Positions 46,856-49,327 of a DNA stretch of 49,327 nucleotides are shown piece after piece. A model generated the notes under the pieces. The model saw only the letters and a program-made list of their open reading frames with translations. It did not search any database and was not told where the DNA came from. The stretch's first letter is position 1; each line of letters begins with the position of its first letter. This stretch comes from Phoronis australis (taxonomy: Eukaryota; Animalia; Phoronida). The stretch covers positions 1 through 49,327 of the forward strand of contig NMRA01001117.1 in assembly GCA_002633005.1 (NCBI GenBank), in the 5' to 3' direction. The translations under genes were made by a program, and so were the position numbers.

Positions 46856-48074
46856 CTGAAAAGAAAACGTCAACTTAATAACAGTTTGAAGTAGCCAATG
46901 GGGATTACAAATTATTTATAAAACGTTTCATTGGTGAAAAGACTCTTGAACCACTTATGAAAATAATACCAAAACGTTTGAAGAATTTGGGAAAATCAGA
47001 CTTTTATGACTTTGTTTCTTGTTTCACTTTTTAGAATAAAAACACTGAATTGTATCCGACCCCATTTGTGACACTGATGTTTTTGTCCACCACTTTTTTG
47101 AGAAAATACTTATAGAGGATTCTTTTTACATTTTCATTCACTCTCCAAGCAAACCAAATTAAAAGTAAATACGTCAAGATAAGCTCACAATGAAGACTTT
47201 ATGAGCAAAATACACGTAACTCAGCAACTGGTTTAGAATTTGACAAGAAGTCAACTATTTTTTTAAGGTTACTTAGGACCTTTTGAGCTAGTCTGCGTAT
47301 TCAGACAAATATCTACAAGAGTATATTACATTTTAACAATTAAGTAAAAAACATTTTCGGAAATAAAAAGCCTGTAGAATTTGATTTTCGACTTTTTACC
47401 AATCTGCCAGCTCAAATGACTGTCTTTATAATGAAAATTAGCAAAAAAGAAAGGTACACTGAAAACAAAATAAAATAGCAGTGTCAACATTACATGATCA
47501 AATTTTATTTGATATAAATGTTTAAGATGAGATCTATGCAAAAAACTGTTACATTTTCTAAACCATCATTTTGTTTAATATATTTTATCCTTGGAAATAA
47601 TCAGAGTGTTTTTAATAAAATCATACAAATCCTACTTTAGATGGGCCCTCCTGCAAAAGTGGAACATTTAAATAACAATTCCAGAAAGAGTTTTGGAGAA
47701 TATTTCACAGAGCATGGTATTGGAAAATAACATGTAAACCCAATGTTTCAAAGATAGCCAAACTTGGACATTTTCCTAAAGCCACACAGACAATTATGTA
47801 ATTTCTGTATCAAACCAAAAATGTACAAAACAATGAATATTAACTCAAGAAAAGTAATTATTGTTTGAAAATGGAAAGCCTGACAATTTGATTTTTGACT
47901 TTATCCCAATGTGCCATTGATCAGGTCACCTGACCATGTCTTTTTCATAAAGTTTTGGAAAAAAGAAAATAAGGTACATTCATAGCAGAACTACGGTGTA
48001 TGAATAACATGCCTTTCCTTTGATATAAATGTCAAAGATAAAATGTCAAAAATATTATTACAGTTTCTCATTAA

Positions 48075-48118
48075 GTGGGCCCATTGCACTGATCAGGTGA
48101 TCAGTGCAATGGGCCCAC
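48075..48118. repeat. Perfect 21-bp inverted repeat with a 2-nt loop
   Basis: GTGGGCCCATTGCACTGATCA-GG-TGATCAGTGCAATGGGCCCAC. Confidence 0.95.
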
Positions 48119-49327
48119 ATGCGAGACCTGCGCACGTCTAGTACAACGTGTATCAGACCGCCTGCAATTATTTTTTTTATTGCATATTAAATTATCACTT
48201 TGATTTTGTTTAATATGCATTTTATTCATACACATGGTGAGAGTGTCATGTTTTGATCGTCCCTCATATGAGAGTGGATCCAGTCAAAAACAGTGATGTG
48301 GCAAAGTAGTGCATGAAGCAGCATCTGAAAGTAATGAATCTGCTTGACAATTTCTGGGATATGATCTTCCAAATTTTCCAAAGTTAGCTTAAGTTTGGAC
48401 ACTTTTCTAGAGTCCAACATAACATCAAATGCAGGCAATATTTTGCTCTATATACCGGTAGTAACAGTTCTGTGCACAGATACTGCAGTCACATGAATTA
48501 CCCAAAACAGAAACAGTAACAACACCATGAGGTTGACACTTTAGTGCTCAAATAAATCTCTTCCAAACACTCAGGTACATGTAACATGCCTTTACTGCAA
48601 GCAGCAGCATGCACATTTCTGTCAACTGTTTGACAACACATGGTGGCTTATCAGAATCAACAATCAATAGGATGGTCCCAGATTTCACAGGGACACTTGA
48701 GGTGCGCACTAAGGTGGCACTGAATAGTTAGGCTGCGGCCGCGGCCAATTTGCACTCCCAAAATATAGAAATTTTGGGGTAGGCCAAGTTTGGGGGCATT
48801 TTGTAGGTGGGCATTGCACGTAGGCTCAGTGAATGTGGTTTGTTTGTATTTGTGAACATGCTGTGAATAAAAAAACCACTTTCTTGGCTGTAGCTGCACT
48901 CTTCTTCAAGACGGCGGCCCCCGGCTGCAATTGTGCATTGTTGGGTAGCGACCGAGAAATCGGCTGTGACTTTAGGTAGCCCTCAAACAAGCAAGAATTG
49001 CCAAAAAACTAGTTGGTTGACAGTACTTTTGGACCACATTTTCGGAATCGGTAGGAAATTTGCTTTCAGACTCTAATGTTGGTTTTAGTCGTGCATCGGC
49101 AGGGAAGTGGTGTTTTTCGGGTGAAAAGTGCCGATTTTGCATTTTTTGCCCTTATTTTTCTTAGTCTAGCTTGGTTTTCAGTGGGAATGAAATGGTCAAA
49201 AATACAAGAAAGAATAAAGTTTCTGTGCTCATCTGCTGGGCTTTTTATGTGAAATAATTGAAAACATGCCATTCTTTGCATCCTGTTTTTGACAGAGTGA
49301 AGAAAAGGTTACAAATCAAGTGATGTG

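Noticed and set aside
48717-48940. GC-rich ends suggesting a hAT-like MITE
   Set aside because: The inverted similarity is too weak and no TSD was found.
10-49281. The many 60-130-aa ORFs in the track
   Set aside because: Most are antisense or alternative-frame shadows of real coding regions, repeat translations or chance ORFs with non-ATG starts.

Overview
Eukaryotic, AT-rich, intron-containing DNA, most likely from a marine invertebrate (inferred from the gene and transposon content). It has an 829-N scaffold gap and no prokaryotic operons, rRNA genes or CRISPR arrays. The main gene is an intact two-exon, ~1918-aa GRL101-like (type C LGR) GPCR on the + strand (18174-21652 joined to 24098-26375). 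Its ectodomain is unusually elaborate: signal peptide, several CUB-like domains, 2 C-type lectin domains, ~7 LDLa repeats and LRRs, followed by the 7TM domain. On the - strand, three exons encode an SGK3/CISK-type PX domain (46855-46772, 44697-44555, 43513-43420). I could not find its kinase exons, so the GPCR may be nested in a very large intron. The rest is mostly transposons and repeats: a degenerate two-ORF LINE (1-~3880, -), a second LINE remnant (~4260-6040, +), a Gmr1-like Ty3/Gypsy LTR element with integrase upstream of RT (~9490-14520, -), a 5.55-kb TA-flanked TIR element carrying a Tc1-like transposase remnant (37725-43274) with a deleted right-end copy at 3885-4059, an internally deleted piggyBac (45182-46311), a tRNA-derived sequence, small MITE-like palindromes and tandem repeats. 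All calls come from reading motifs by eye; no database searches were run.
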